Source of the DNA: Phoronis australis
Lineage: Eukaryota > Animalia > Phoronida
Assembly (NCBI GenBank): GCA_002633005.1
Contig: NMRA01000248.1
Span: forward strand, 124,001 to 188,000
Length of the DNA: 64,000 nt
Direction: 5' to 3'
Part shown: piece by piece, positions 12,106 to 26,300 of the stretch
Numbering within the stretch: the stretch's first letter is position 1
How the letters are laid out: every line of letters begins with the position of its first letter
Program-made: the position numbers and the translations under genes
The notes under the pieces: generated by a model
Seen by the model: only the letters and a program-made list of their open reading frames with translations
Database searches by the model: none
Told to the model about the DNA's origin: nothing

Positions 12106-12432
12106 ATGACGACATTTCAAGTCTTCCTGCTTATTATTTTGCTCATGGCAGCACCCACCAACGGAAAGGCTGCTCCTTGGGCTGGAAAAGGTAAGATAAC
12201 AAATTTTCTAATCGTAGGCCAGCCTCCTGGGTGAAAACCTATGCGCATTTTTATAATTAATTATAAATTCTTTTCAGGGAATGTTGAGATGAGCAAAACA
12301 ACATTAGACCGTCCTGCTCGTTGTATCGGCAAATACTCACCGTGTTATAGACACAGTCACTGCTGCTCGGGTTATAAGTGTAGATCTTTGAACTTCAGCG
12401 CTTTTGTGTATACCAAGAAAAGATGCATGTAA
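12106..12432 (+). CDS. Secreted inhibitor-cystine-knot (knottin/toxin-like) prepropeptide, 79 aa; exons 12106-12190 and 12278-12432
   Basis: Exon 1 MTTFQVFLLIILLMAAPTNGKAAPWAGK (signal peptide) ends G|gtaaga. Exon 2 starts ttttcag|GG and gives GNVEMSKTTLDRPAR-CIGKYSPCYRHSHCCSGYKCRSLNFSAFVYTKKRCM*. Cys framework C-6-C-5-CC-4-C-14-C; the phase-1 intron joins in frame. Confidence 0.88.
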
Positions 12433-14479
12433 ACAGGTAAGTGATGTAACCCGTTAAAGGTGCACGAATACACTACTGTGTGGGTGCACCGAGTGTTTCG
12501 GAATTATTTAAAAATATATTTAGCATATTAACAGATATTCATCTTGAAAAAGCCTCATCGTCACCATTCCTCAAAATTAGCATCAAATTTGAAACTTCAT
12601 TACCAAGTTTGTTAAATTGGCACACGTTGATTACGATTTGGACAAGCCACACGTGTGCGGGAGGCAGCCCACAAACAAATTATTTGATAAATCATCTAAA
12701 ACTAATTCTTGAAGAATTGATCAAGTTAAATCAAGAAATGTTTAGGTGGCACTCAACTATGAACGGACGACTTATTGGATTAATTTGGTGGCGAGATCTC
12801 TTTAATCAACTGACCAATGTTTGAATACTTCGATGAGCGAAGACTTTTTCACCGAATAACTGAACAAATATGTTAAGTTTCTCAATCAAAGTTTTCAAAT
12901 ATGAAGCAGCTGATAGCCAAAGTCGGGGACCGCTATTAATTTTTAGGTACACGTGGGTACTAGGTAGCAACCTGACTATTTTCACTGCTACTTGACCTAT
13001 TTTACTCATTTAATTTCTTCAGTATGACCAACAGTGTTTCAACACGTCTGTTAAAATGCATGAGCCAATACTTCTTATTAATAATTATGCACTGTACAAG
13101 ATCTCTAAATTTCAACAGTTCGTGGCTTTTATTTTATTCATTAGCAAATTACACGAAAACTTTCAGCATAAAACGCGGTAGATCTTAAATTCAGAATGGG
13201 CACCCAAGAATGAGATTGAAAATGTCAACATAATTTGCCGCTCGAAAGTGCTCGTGCATTGGTTTGTAAAACTACAATTCAGGTCTACTGACTAATAGCG
13301 GGATAAAGCTCACCTAATACTTATGCGACATCAAAAGGCGTTAGTTTTCCCGTGTCCAAAAATGTACCATGTCTGCATGAAATTCTTTTTTCGTCACTTG
13401 GGTGGCATTCAACAGTTTTTTCCTGATTTTGAGCTTAAAAAACTAGATTTTGGCAGCGCAAAAAATGCTAGGAACGCAAAAACTTTGCGAGGGAACGTAA
13501 AAACTTTTTTCGCAACATGTCTTTTTTAGATGCTCCGTAAACATGACTTGACGGACACCCTGTTTTTCTTTGCTCAAGGTACTGTTTGTGTGAGTGGTGC
13601 CATTGGTGAACGATGGGACAGATCACCAAGTCTTACCCCATTAAATAGCATGTGATCTCTGACAGAAGTAGTTATTTGCCTTGCAAAGAGACTGCGTTCG
13701 TCTTTGACAAAATGGCAACGACTGGGCTGAAGTCATTTTTGGTGTTAAATTTCTGATGGGCAGCTATTGAAAACACTCAACATATAACTTGTTTGGAACT
13801 AAAACTAGCGTAACGGCTCAGCAGGTTTGTCCAGATCCCATTTTGATAAAGAATTCAAAAAATTGAGCGTCACTGGATTTTTTCTTAGCTCAAGCCGCTG
13901 TAATTCAAGGCGTTCCACCGAAATTGGAACCCCAGTGTAAAACAGATATCCTGGAGTCGAAAACAGACTCCCGTATCTTCAAAACAGCTAACCAGCCCGA
14001 TCTGTTTTACACTGGGGTTCCAGTTTCTATGGAACACCTTGTAATTATATGTAGAAGAACTGAACTGCAAAGTATCAATGAGATATTTTATGCAAGTCTC
14101 CCACCAATGAATTTTGGCCAGTCTTGAATTGCCAGATCAAAATCCGTCATGGGTCGAAGGCAGCTGACCGTCATTCTGTAGAAGGAATAGCCAGGTGAAA
14201 GATCACGCAAATCTTCGTGATACATCGCCATGTAACTATACATGTAAAGTACTTAGGCACAGGCTTTAATGGCGAGTCTCTTGCTTCTACGGAAGTCCGC
14301 CTAGGTTATCTATATTATACAGTTATGGACTAGACTAGAGGCCACAGGGGGAGGAGTGGGGGTACGTAATGACATTAGAGAGAAAATGGTAGTGACTGTG
14401 GAGGAATAGCGAACTTGACTTTGTCTTCAATGCACACGTATCTACCTCCACTCCTACCTATCGGCAAACCAAAAGACAA

Positions 14480-14728
14480 GGGTCCCGTTCCAAGAAACTG
14501 ACTTAAGTTCATTTTTGACTTAAGCCTAAGATTTGTCTTAACTTCCAAACTTTGAAACTTCCACATCCGGTCAAATAGTTAAAATTAAGATTGAACTTTT
14601 ATCAAAAACTTAATTCAAACTTAGGACCTCTTGCTTAAAACAGTCTCGAGACAAGTTTAAGTTTTATCTTAAAATTTACTAAAATTTAAGATTTGTCTTA
14701 GCTAAGTCAGTTTTGTTGGAACGGGCCC
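14480..14728. mobile_element. Palindromic MITE (PIF/Harbinger-like GG(G)CCCG termini)
   Basis: gggtcccgttccaagaaactgactta... and ...taagtcagttttgttggaacgggccc are inverted termini around a TTAAG-rich interior. Confidence 0.65.
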
Positions 14729-15798
14729 AAGGTCAATTCAGCAACAGTCAAATTCGGAATATTCCGCCTACAGCGCTGCTGTCGTTTTTACATTGCTTTC
14801 TGCCGGCTGGGGACGATTGTGAGCTCGTAAAGATGAACATGAAAACATGAACATAAAGCTAACGTGATCACATGCTTCGCTGGGAATACATGTTTCATGA
14901 AGAATTACGTATCTTAACATATAACAATTTTTGTATCCGTCATCTACAGAACGCAGGTCTGGAGTTTTAGGTGGAGAATTCACAGTGATAGGGTGGGGCG
15001 TGGCTCGAGAATCTTTCGCTCAAAAGAATTGTCAATAGTCGATGGATTCATTAGATGCATTTTGAATCCTCCTTTAACAAGTCTATTCTAATTTATCTAT
15101 TTTCGGCATACATGTATTTCCCGACATAAACTCAAGACCGTCCGCCAGCGATGCTAAGTATTCAAAAATAAAAGAGGCAGTGGGGTTGGCGAAAATGGCA
15201 AGTTATTATGACGTAACCATGCCAAAATTATAACGAGTAGAATCTCTCGAAAGGTGGGCACTGAAAAAGCACCAGTAGAGGTACCTGTAGCAGTAAATGC
15301 GTATTAAATTGCCCCTCTTATTTTGACTTCTGCGCAAAGTGATGGTTTTGTTCTTCATGTTTGAGTTGCAGTTTTAAACTAAAACTAATTGAACGTTTTT
15401 CATATGTTGGCAGGATTTCAAATAGGGAGCTGCAGTATGTATATTAATGTTAATTGGCTGCATTTTGAGTTGTGTTCCATTTGTTTGTTCGATTTTGGCC
15501 ATGGCAGTTTCATTTAAATTCGTTATATTTACAGGCTGGATGAAAACAATCCGGTTCCTCGAATCCAGAAGAAAAGTGGTCAATATAAGGAACGGAGATT
15601 ACTAGATGACCCCGAAATTTAACGTGCGTCTCGAATATATGGTGAAAATTTGGGTAATTGGATGGAAATTATAATAAATAAAGCGAAAATTAACTGCAAT
15701 GTTGTGTAATTGAGCCTAGTTTCAAAGTCCCTGCTTGCTAACTGAAATACATGCTTACCAACACGTTTAATAACCTAAGAGTGTTCACATTGTGCTTT

Positions 15799-15838
15799 TA
15801 CACACACACGCACCCACGCACGCACACACACACACACG

Positions 15839-15869
<31 letters not shown>
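15799..15869. repeat. (CA)n microsatellite
   Basis: Visible imperfect CA run. Confidence 0.95.
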
Positions 15870-15872
<3 letters not shown>

Positions 15873-18800
15873 CACAACTTTCTTATGGGAACACATTATA
15901 TTTTATTAGCCAATTTAACATTGCAATTAATAATGAATTATTGGACTGGAAAACATACAAACATTTTAGACAAAACTCTAGGTTGCGTGGGCATGCACAT
16001 TTTGTCGAATCCTCTGCAACGTATGCCAGCGTGCTTCGGATGCTTGTAACTTGTGCAATACGTATGCGAAAGTTGTGTGAGCTACGCTAGCGTATTTGCC
16101 AAAATTTTCATACGTCGTCATTGGCCTTTAATGAAAGAGTGTATATCACTTCCCTATACCACCACAAATAGGGTGATTTTTCATTTGTTTACATAAATTC
16201 TGCCAGCTTAGGTTTTAATCGAAGGTTGTTTCAATGTATTTTATCAAACCTTCAAATCTCTTTGTAGATATTTTCAAAATATTCATTTTTGCATTCATTT
16301 ACTTGCAGGCCGGACCATTCAAGATCATTTTTACGCCAACATGGCCGAAAATAACTATGCAAGAAAAAGTAGACAATACCATTACTTGTTGTGTTGAAAC
16401 AGACACATTTAGGTTAAAGATCTTGAAATCCCTATTGATCAGTCATGAAAAACATCTGCTGAATGAGCAGCTCACAGGTGTGTACCGCTCGCTGGCTCTG
16501 TTTCGTTAGACTTGTGGTCTTCCTACCGTGTGATACATTCACACTCTTTGCTTGTATGCCCTTCTACCTACAGTCATAATCAGGTTACACCTTCAAAATA
16601 TTCCGCTTTTTGTAACACGGCGAAATCAACTTATTATAATAGTCCTATTTTCCCGTTCGACTAAAAAGGAAAAAACGTGACCTGTTCATGAGGATTGACG
16701 GCACCCACAATTTCCCGGCCGACTGGAAAAGCAGCAAAAACACCTTCGGACGCTTTTGGGTGTAATGGCATAGATCCAATTGTCCCGCTTTTCAATTCAG
16801 TTGTCCAGTTTTTTTCATTCTCAAATGTTGATTGCAGTGCAGCGTGTTCCAAATAACATTGCCTGAATATTGTTATTTTCCAATGTTTGAGGCCATTAAA
16901 ATTTGCCGAAAAAATATGGATAAATATGTTCGTTTGTACTATGTAAAAATTCCACCCTAAGCCCTATATTCAATAGCAAGAAACAACACCGGTACACATG
17001 TATGAAAGCAACTACCCACGCATGCGCGACGTTACCTCAGCCGCACGTGATCGAAGTTGGCATTCCAGTTCTGCACATCATCAGATAACTTCCGTGCGTA
17101 ATTTAATACCGTGGACTAAACACAAATGTGCATAAACGGAGTTCTGTTACAGGGGCTGTTATAAAAAGAAATCAAATTTTGATTATCGTATTGTTTATGA
17201 ACACTCTTATTAGCTTTCATAGTGTAGGACCGTAGGAAAATGACCAAATGTGGCTAACTTCGAGAAGTCATATCTCAGAAATAGCAGATCATATTCGCAC
17301 ATGGTTCTCTAAAAAATTTTGGAATTGTTTTTTAAAGATTCCACTTTTGCTCGAGCAGTTGTCAAAATATGGGAAAAATGAACTCAGCGAGTATGCGTCT
17401 GTTTTGTGTGAGGGTAAACGTCCCCTCGCCTCTAGACAATAAAGTAAATGTGCAAATAAGGGCGCTGATGAACAATCCATTTAGCGCTAGCATTTCAAAT
17501 GCCTGAAATGGTAGATTGGGATGTGACGTATTTGCAGACGGTTGAAGTACATAAACCATGCGTATTAATATCAAGGGCATTGGCAAACTTAGAGATGTCA
17601 GTTGACACAACATGAGATTACTCCATTAAAAAAATATTCGCAAAGGTTAAGAACTGCCTTAATGCATCATGGGTTCCTTTGTTTTGTTCTATTATTGTCG
17701 TTTTCATGATCAATACGATACACGAGCTCAGAATTTCAACATGCGTTTGAACGTTATTCCAATCGAGAAAACGTACCTGAGTGAGGCTGCTTGAACTTCT
17801 ATAAACGTGTAGACTGATTTTATAATCTCTGTGCATTCTGTTTTTTTTCATGTGCTTGCTGGTAATTCAAAATCAGCATATGAACATGATCGTTGTTTCG
17901 TTTCTTGAAAATATAAATTTTGACGAAGAAAATTTTATAATAACCCCAATATCACAATTTTGTTATCGCACCTGCTCTTTCATTTGTTTTCAGTGGCAAC
18001 AAGAAACGGTTACCCATGAGAACAAAAAAGCCAGGGTTGTATTCTGAGACATTTGAAGTAAAACATTGAAATCAGACACCACTGTCATTGCGAAGCGACT
18101 ACAGACTCGGATTGTGACAAATCATTATAACATAAATATACTTACACAACAAATCTCTGGGTATCAGGGTCCGTTTTACGACAGCTTAAGTCTGAAAATT
18201 TCATTAATAGGATGACGTCAACCACGAGTTCAACAAGTGCAACGTGTTGAAAAACATCTTTCGTTTTATTTCTTCGAACGATTACTTTCAGTTTTATAGC
18301 TTTGTATATTAGGTCTGGGTTGTATACCAATATTTAGGCCTAGATGAGATCACGTTTAATCAAGCCTCACTAACTCCAACAATAGGTCGGCTTAGGAACA
18401 CAAGGGATTGGACCATAGGGCTTTTAAGTTATGAAACACCACTTTCCTGAGGCTCTGAGGTAAACAAATTTATCGATTAGAAATGTGTGCAATACCTGTA
18501 AATGGAAAAATCGCTGATAAAAACACGTTTAAAAATGGTCTGCAGTATTCTTGACAAAAGTACCTCTGTTTATATGGCGTTTGGAATTAAAGAATGCAGT
18601 TCTTCCATTGCGTAGCCATTTGGCATGTTTAAGTCTCAATAGCTATTTGACACCAAATACACGAGTGCGTGCAGTCGTCGAGAAAGCGACGTGACTTTTT
18701 CATGGAGCTGAGCATCTGCTAAATTTCATTTTTCTGTTGCAATCAGAGATCTTCCTATTTTTGCTGTTAATACCCACTACTGGTGTTGCATTTTATACTG

Positions 18801-20124
18801 TTACTCCTGTTGTTGGGCCTTCCTTTTTCTTGCCATGCACGTGAGAAAGGGGTGAAATGTCCACACAGCGATATATATTGAATATACACGACGTGGAGGT
18901 GATGTCAAAACGATTGCTGCTTCAATGAAATCTGTATGAAGATTGAAGATTTGTGAGTTGTAGATTTCCTAGCACTTAGAAAAGACTGAAAGAAAGTAGA
19001 AAGCAAGTAAACATCCAAAGAAGGGCAGGTTTTGGATTGCCACCATATCGTTTGAAAGACACCAGATGGAGTTGACAGTATGTTTTTGAATCGGTCATCG
19101 ATCGCTAGTTAAATCGTCACTAAATTCACACACTTGCGGACCCCTGACATGCCGGACGTTGACACGGGAGGTTTTGATTGTGAATGCTTTTAGTTTTATT
19201 ACTTTACGCCACCCTGATGAATATTTAACTTTCACTTATTGTACTTTTTACAATTGCATTCAAACAAGCAGTGAGTAAGCATTGGTTCACCTTTTCCGAT
19301 TACAGCGGGGAGGTACTAGACACCAGTGGCCAATCCAATCTAATCGATTTAATTCGTGCGATACCGCCACTGGTTCACAATGGGAACAGCCCACTAGTCT
19401 ACTCCGACGGCTCACTACTATAACATCTAACTCCTCCGAATGTTCACTACTTCGAGGTTTCACTCTAACAAAAGTTCAATACTCCAAAAATATATAAAAT
19501 TTCGGACTCATGTGAAATTTTATATTTCTGTATCCAAAATACACATTACTTTGAATATAAACGCAGTGGTGTAGCTATTGAAACCAACCCCCGGGCACTT
19601 AACATAGCGTGTACCTTGTTTGGGCTTCCTGGGCAGTCATGCGAAGTTGGGTTTCAAAGCATGTTTTACGAACATGTAAATATGAGCTCGTACTTGTGCT
19701 TTTAAAAGACCGCGATATATTCACCAAATCTGTGCCACGATCGTGACAGAAATTTACCCGCTGCGCCACTTCCTCACCCACTGCACCGAAACCAAGAGCA
19801 CGGCCAGGTCCCCTGAAACAAGATGCTCTATCTCTGTCAGTTTTTACCAACTGCAGTACTCTGTGGATATCAGTTCTACCCCATTAGCAGAAATTAAAGT
19901 GTTGCGAAATTTTTAAGTAGTGAATCTTCGAAGTAGGGAACCTCCGGAGTAGTGAACTTTCGAACTTGGTGGCATGTATCATTGTAAGTTATAAAATATA
20001 TATAGGTATGTACACATGAGCGTACTTTGTATACATCGACCATAACATACATGTACCTCATAATCAAACACGATATCGTTTTTGAACAATCTGTCTCTCT
20101 AGGGACACGATTAAGTTCCCACCA

Positions 20125-21260
20125 GCAGCTGACGTCATCGAACGTGAAAATACAATGCTTATAAGTGAGCACGCACAATAATCGCATGTTCAACAATGGG
20201 CATTGTACCGACATTTATACCCTGTGAAAAGTAAAAATGCGTGTACCTAGCCTTCGATATAAGGGGGTAAGGCTCGAATTCCCAACGTTATGGACCATTT
20301 GCTAACAAAAAAGCAAGCGGACTGAAAAAAAGGGAACACCTCTGTGAATTGCGACTTTGCGCTTATTTAGTGGAGTTTTGTCCCATTTTCTCGGACTTTT
20401 TGTCTCTCGAGGGCGGGCATGAGTAAGACGCATAATTTCCATAAAACATATTTTAATTCAGTTAAATTTATCTCTATTTTTCTCGAACCCGGTCCGTAAG
20501 AGTTTCGGACAGTTAAATTTATCTCTATTTTTTCTCGAACCCGGTCCGTAAGAGTTTCGGACCGTCGACTTTACCACTCCACCACTCAGCGGTTGACGTT
20601 ATCGAACGTGAATAAATGAGCACGCGAAGCAATCGCATGTTCAACGAACGACATTGCACCGACATTTCTACGCTATGAAAAATATGACGCAAAATTTCAA
20701 TGAAAACAACATCCTTAATTCAGGGAAATTTATCTGTCATTTTCTCTCACTTGCAAATCATCGATCTCCAGTTTGAATGCGAGTAACGTGTGGTCGGGAT
20801 GCTTGGACTTGGACATTGAACTCGGTAACCAGTGGTGACCTACATGTACTTGAGCAGACGATATTTGCACGGTGGAAGCTTAGCATGAAAAGATGTGTAG
20901 TAAGCGAGAGTAGTTTCTTAAAACAAAAATTATTTTACAGATTCACTTTAGTTCTATTTTCTTTCATTTTTTTGATTTTAAGTAAAAACGTCATTTTAAC
21001 AAGAAAATCTCGGCGTTTCTTGAAAGGTCACGACCTCAGGCCTCTGATATAGAAATTAGTTACAAAAGCCGATGCGAGTCGAGAAAGATAGATCGATTGA
21101 TTGCAATGTTTCTCGTTCAGAATGTGGTATAAATAGATTATTACTCGTTCTCAGTCGTTATCTCCCTTATCTAGAGCCCTCGTGGATTTTTGAGAATTAT
21201 CATCTTCGGGCTAACGCCCCTCGGGCGATAATTCTCCCGTCTGTGATTCTATATCATCGA
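20125..21260 (+). mobile_element. Rearranged copy of family B element (tRNA-like segment plus terminal hairpin), with a ~51-bp tandem duplication at 20459-20561
   Basis: Shares gctgacgtcatcgaacgtgaa, gggcattgtaccgacatttatac, agttacaaaagccga and tctagagccctcgtggattttgagaattatc blocks with the 25541-27515 cluster. Confidence 0.75.
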
Positions 21261-21469
21261 CTAATATGCTGGAACCTACTACAACAGCAACGCGGAGCGT
21301 CAACATACACCCCCGTGTGCATTGCAAACGAGTTCAAGTCAAAACAGGGCAAAGCAGTTCTATAGCATATCGTCCACTCATAACGAAGCTGAATAGACCC
21401 CCTGCCCAGCTTGTTCAAATTTTCCATAGCTCATTGGAATATCAATGGGTGGTTGGTCCACAATAATGT

Positions 21470-22520
21470 TCTGCGAAAAATTTACCATTTTGACTGTGAT
21501 GTGGTTTCTCTGAATGAGACGCATTTATGTTCTAAAGATATCATTCAAGTTGAAGGATACAGATTTATTGGTTGAAACCGTGAAAATGTACACATTAATG
21601 CTCCCAAAGGTTCTGGGGGTGTTAGTATGCATATAAATTTGATATAAGTGTAATTATTAAGTCCTTTGACGGTTGAAGTCGCACCGGATCATTCTGTTCT
21701 TGTTTTAAGGTTTAAAATCTCCTCGCCTGGTATATGTTTACCTGGTATCGACACACCTTTAGATACAAATACTCTTTCGAAAAAAAAAACGTAAGCATGT
21801 CACATCCAATATCCCAGCAGAATACAGTAACAACGTGTCTTTTAATGAAGAAATTTTATGTTTAATTGGTTCATTATTGTTATCGTATGAACATCAGAAC
21901 CAACTTGATATAGTGTATCAGTTATTTATTGACCTATTAAGTAAGGAAATGGATTCCTTGCTGGATTACAAGGATTATTATTCGAGACCTAAACTAGGAA
22001 AGTATTTTAAGAGGAACCAGCCTTGCTGGAATTCGGAACTTAACGATTTGTGGAAAAATTTAAAGTACATTCAAAAACAACTTTCAAGAACGGAAATTGG
22101 TCATATTACAAACAATAATTTTCGTGTCCTCAATCTAAATTTGACAAAAAATGTTCATATCAGTTGAAGGTTCATATTGAAAATGAGAATCTGACTACTG
22201 AAAATCCTAAGAATTTCTGGGCATATGTTAAAAAAACTGGGACCAAAACAATTTAGCAAAGTTCCTCTAGAAATCTTGGATTCGATATTAAAGTAAATTC
22301 TGATAGAAATTTTATTCTAAATATTTAAGCACGAGTTTTTAACTGAACCGTATGTGAAGCTCAATTTATCTCGTTCCTAGCTATCTCTTTTGTTCCAGTT
22401 TAGAGTAGGAAATCTCCCATTGCACTCCTGTAAGAGAAAGACTTCTCTTGTGTTGTGGCACTGGTTCTGTGGAGGATGAGCTACATTTTGTATTTGATTG
22501 TTCTCTTTATTTTTAACTCA
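21470..22520 (+). mobile_element. Decayed APE-type non-LTR retrotransposon relic, internally deleted (no RT core)
   Basis: Broken frames give DCDVVSLNETHL...IQVEGYRF...NAPKGSGGV (endonuclease start), WNSELNDLWK, NPKNFWAYVKK, and TEPYV...QFRVGNLPL...GSVEDELHFVFDC (C-terminal zinc-binding motif); many stops and frameshifts. Confidence 0.7.
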
Positions 22521-23317
22521 CTGTGGTCTATTCTATTTCATAATATTTCACTTCAAGTCCCAAACTTTGAAGATTTCAGAAGATTGGACACGTTATAACT
22601 GCTGTTTCAGTATTTCCTTAGGTAAGTCGTCAAATGTATCAAGATTGCGTTTGAACTTTGAAACCGTGGCATTGATGGTGCATCTGAACTGTGTGAATGT
22701 TATATCTATTACTGATTGAATTAGTTGTGCTTATCATTATAATAAGTAAATACAATGCTATACAATACAGCGCAGATACAAGTAATGAACATTATGTTAA
22801 ACATTCCCTTTTTAAATAAAAGTCCCTGGTGAGTTTAAAGCAAGATAGTCAGAAATGTTCTCCTCAATAAGAACACGCCTGCTACATTTCTTGAGGATTC
22901 TTCATATGCTTTGGAGGCTAGGGAGGCAAACGACAAAGGACTCAAAGGCAGCCCTCAACAGAAATACATGCCAACTTTCATGATGATCCAATTGTTACTA
23001 TAGGGCGCAGAAGTCGAATTTGTTTGGAAATCGTCTTCATCCTGTCAATACATTTAGGGGGCGACAATAAGCAATGTGGCTGTACTCATGGCACCTATTG
23101 TTGTACACGGCTCATGCTGTCGCTGAGCAACAATACGCGTTAACGTCGACGATTTATAGTTTGCAACAGTAGTCGCAATAGACAGTCGTAGTAGTGCAAA
23201 CCTGTGGAGGAAAAGCATGGACTTCATGACGGTATTTTTGTAGTAACCGTGTTAGCGTTTCGTGCCATAAACTTGACCTAAGGAGGTGCAACTCACAGTT
23301 TTAGAGCAAGAATTGGA

Positions 23318-23366
23318 ATGGTACGGGCTTTTGTGCTGCTCTCGATGCTTTTTCAACCTTGTTTTG
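23318..23366 (+). CDS. Mosaic lectin exon 1, signal peptide
   Basis: ATG...TTTG|gtgagt; MVRAFVLLSMLFQPCF(A); phase 1 fits the next exon and gives the cleavage site CFA/CK. Confidence 0.7.
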
Positions 23367-26300
23367 GTGAGTGTTTTGAACCTGAGAATTAACTGACCTG
23401 AAAAACGGTCATAGGGTGAAGGATGCATTTGCTCGTTGGCAGTTGTGCGAGTGTATAAAAGCAGATTAAGCAGCTAATAAAAATGACCAAAATATGGCGA
23501 ACTTAGGGACATCACATAAAGGATTTCTGGAAATTGACTCACCCAAAAGTACACTCGTAGGCGTATTTTAGGATTTTTTCCAAAAATACGCCTATGGACT
23601 GATATTCGACAACTGTGTTTGCATGTTTAAAAATCTGATGGATTGTTCTAAAATACGTATGATATATGGTACTGAGGTCTGTGTTTGCTGAGTGCGAAAT
23701 AAGTATGGAAGAATTAATTTTTACTACTGAGATACAACTAGTCAACTATATACATTATAAAGGACCTACTTATTTCAAGCGGTTTCCAAAAATACACACC
23801 CCTTTCCGAAAATACCCAAGGGCGTATGTTCGGTTTCATTTGCCGGTTTTGAAAGGTCGTTTTCTGCCCATTGGGCCTGTTTTTTGGAAATTCCCGGTAT
23901 CTCAGAAATGTCTCTTCAGACTCATATGAAATTTTCAAATACTGTGCATTATACAGTAATCTTCAAAACGCATTTAGGATTTGTTTTTTAAAGGATTCAA
24001 TTTTTGCATGAGAGGTTACGAAAATAGTATAATAATATTTAATAGATAGTACATTCCTGATCCGATTTTTAACCAAACAGCGGGGCCACTCACATTAAGT
24101 GCCATTTTCACACTATAGTACATAGTATCTTCCTGAAGTATGTTGGTTAAAACCACCACAGCTGATAACGCCCTAACATGTCAACAACATTGTTTAAATG
24201 AGACTCTGTTTGACTTTAAATCGGTGATCGTTTACGACGATTTGGACCTGTGTGAACTTAACAAAGCACGTATAGATTAATAAGTGTCGGAGGCAAGTTG
24301 GGCAAAGGACACTTCTTCTGGCTATAATGAAAAAAACATGCCTGGATATCTGTAAGTACAAAAACTACGTAACGGATGAAAGTTAGCAACTTCGAAAGGT
24401 AACAATTATTCTGATGGCTAAAGGTGTTATTATTTCCGGCCCCTCCCAGCCGTCACCGCTTTTGAGCTCTGAGGTTCCCACTCGCCATCTCTACACCATA
24501 CCACTCAAATTTCTTGTCAACCTCTTTGCACAAAATTCCAAATGGAAGACTACGGTAGTCGCTAACCATGCTTCCGACGAACCTGAAACTCGTTAAATTA
24601 AACTCATGTGGTCGATCAATTCGATACAGAAGTCCACACAGATTACTCAATAAGTCAAACGTATGATCATGCATATTTACGTCCATGCAATATGTTATAC
24701 ACCGTTTTAATGTACCAAATTAAAGCAATTACTTGATTAAATATGACAATCCATCACACACGCTGTTTTGAAACTCCTTTATTCAAAACCTTCATGTATC
24801 AAAGTTCTGTAAATAATACATGTACAAAAACAGAACGGCGCTGGACTGGTTAGGCAGCCACACCAGGTGACCCCGATCTCGTCCAGTTATGATTGGCCAC
24901 AATGGGAAGTCAATCAACGAAAGTTGCACTCCCAACAAACTATTTAATACTTAGCAAAATAAAATTTTGCCAGTTATGCTGCTCTGACAATGTGAAAAGT
25001 AGATTTTCTAAGGTACACTTGTTGAAATGAACCCTATCATTTTTTCTCAGATTTACTGTAATTTGAGTTATTTGACCTTCAATTTCAAAAAATGCCTAAT
25101 TTGAAAATTTTCAAAAACTTTGTGAAATTTTGTGAAACTAACTTGTTAGATAGAGTTTAAAACGAGCTTTCAAAATATGCTCTGTATTTTCGCTACAACG
25201 TATCGTTTTTGAATTATTCGGGATTTTCTGATGGTGCTGTTCCTTTGTAGACTGATTTTTGCTGCTGCACTTTTGTTGGTTTACCTTCGGCTGAAAATGA
25301 CAACATTTCTTTCTCATTTATGACATCTTCATTTGTCATATGATTGCTCAACATCGACACCACCACCATCATCATCATCATCATCATTATCATCATTATC
25401 ATCATAATTGTCATCATCATCATCTCCATTGTCGTCTTTTTAGACAATTTTGTTAAGTGTCACTCCTCCGAGCGCTTTCATTGCTTGGCAAAATAGAATT
25501 TCACAAAGTATGTTGTTCTGGCCAATGAGATAAATATATTTATACCACAATATTAGCCTCGAATGGCAGATACAACCGTGTAATAACCCATAAAGTCATC
25601 TCACTAATGAGATAATATTTTGGCGGGAAACCGAGGCCGGATTCGAGCCCGGGCCTCAAGAGTTTCTAGTCGCCGACTTTACCACTACACCACTTAGAGG
25701 CTGACGTCATCGAACGTGAAAATAGAATACTTACATTTGTAAATGAGAAAGGGCATTGCACCGACATTTATACGCTATGAAAAATAAGACGCATAATTTC
25801 CATAAAAACGATATATTAATTCAGTGAAAATTTTCTCTCGTGTTCTCTCACTTGTAATTCACCGATTATTACATGTTCTCAGTCGTTATCCCCCTTATCT
25901 AGAGCCCTCGTGGATTTTGTAGAATTATCAACCTCGGGGCTAACGCCCCTCGGGCGAGCATTCTCCAAAATCCACTCCGGCTCTAGATAACGGGGAATAA
26001 TGACTTCGCCATGTAATAATCTATATTGATACCACAATATTAGCGTCAAATAGCAGATACATATAGATTATTACATGGCGAAGTCGTTATCCCCCGTTGT
26101 CTAGAGCCCGAGTGGATTTTGAAGAATTATCGCCCGAGAAACTTGATGAATCGATTTACCTTTTCTGACTCTCCACGGCTTTGTAACTACTTTCTATGTC
26201 AGAGGCCGGGGTCGAAGGTCGTGACCTTTTAAGAAAAGCCCGATTATTTTTGTCAAATATTGCTTTTACTCAAAACCAATTGAAAACTTAAATATTATAG

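Noticed and set aside
11371-12194. Long ORFs of 215-258 aa in the ORF track
   Set aside because: Artefacts of translating through the N gap.
25214-25447. Poly-Met ORF
   Set aside because: Translation of the (ATC)n microsatellite.
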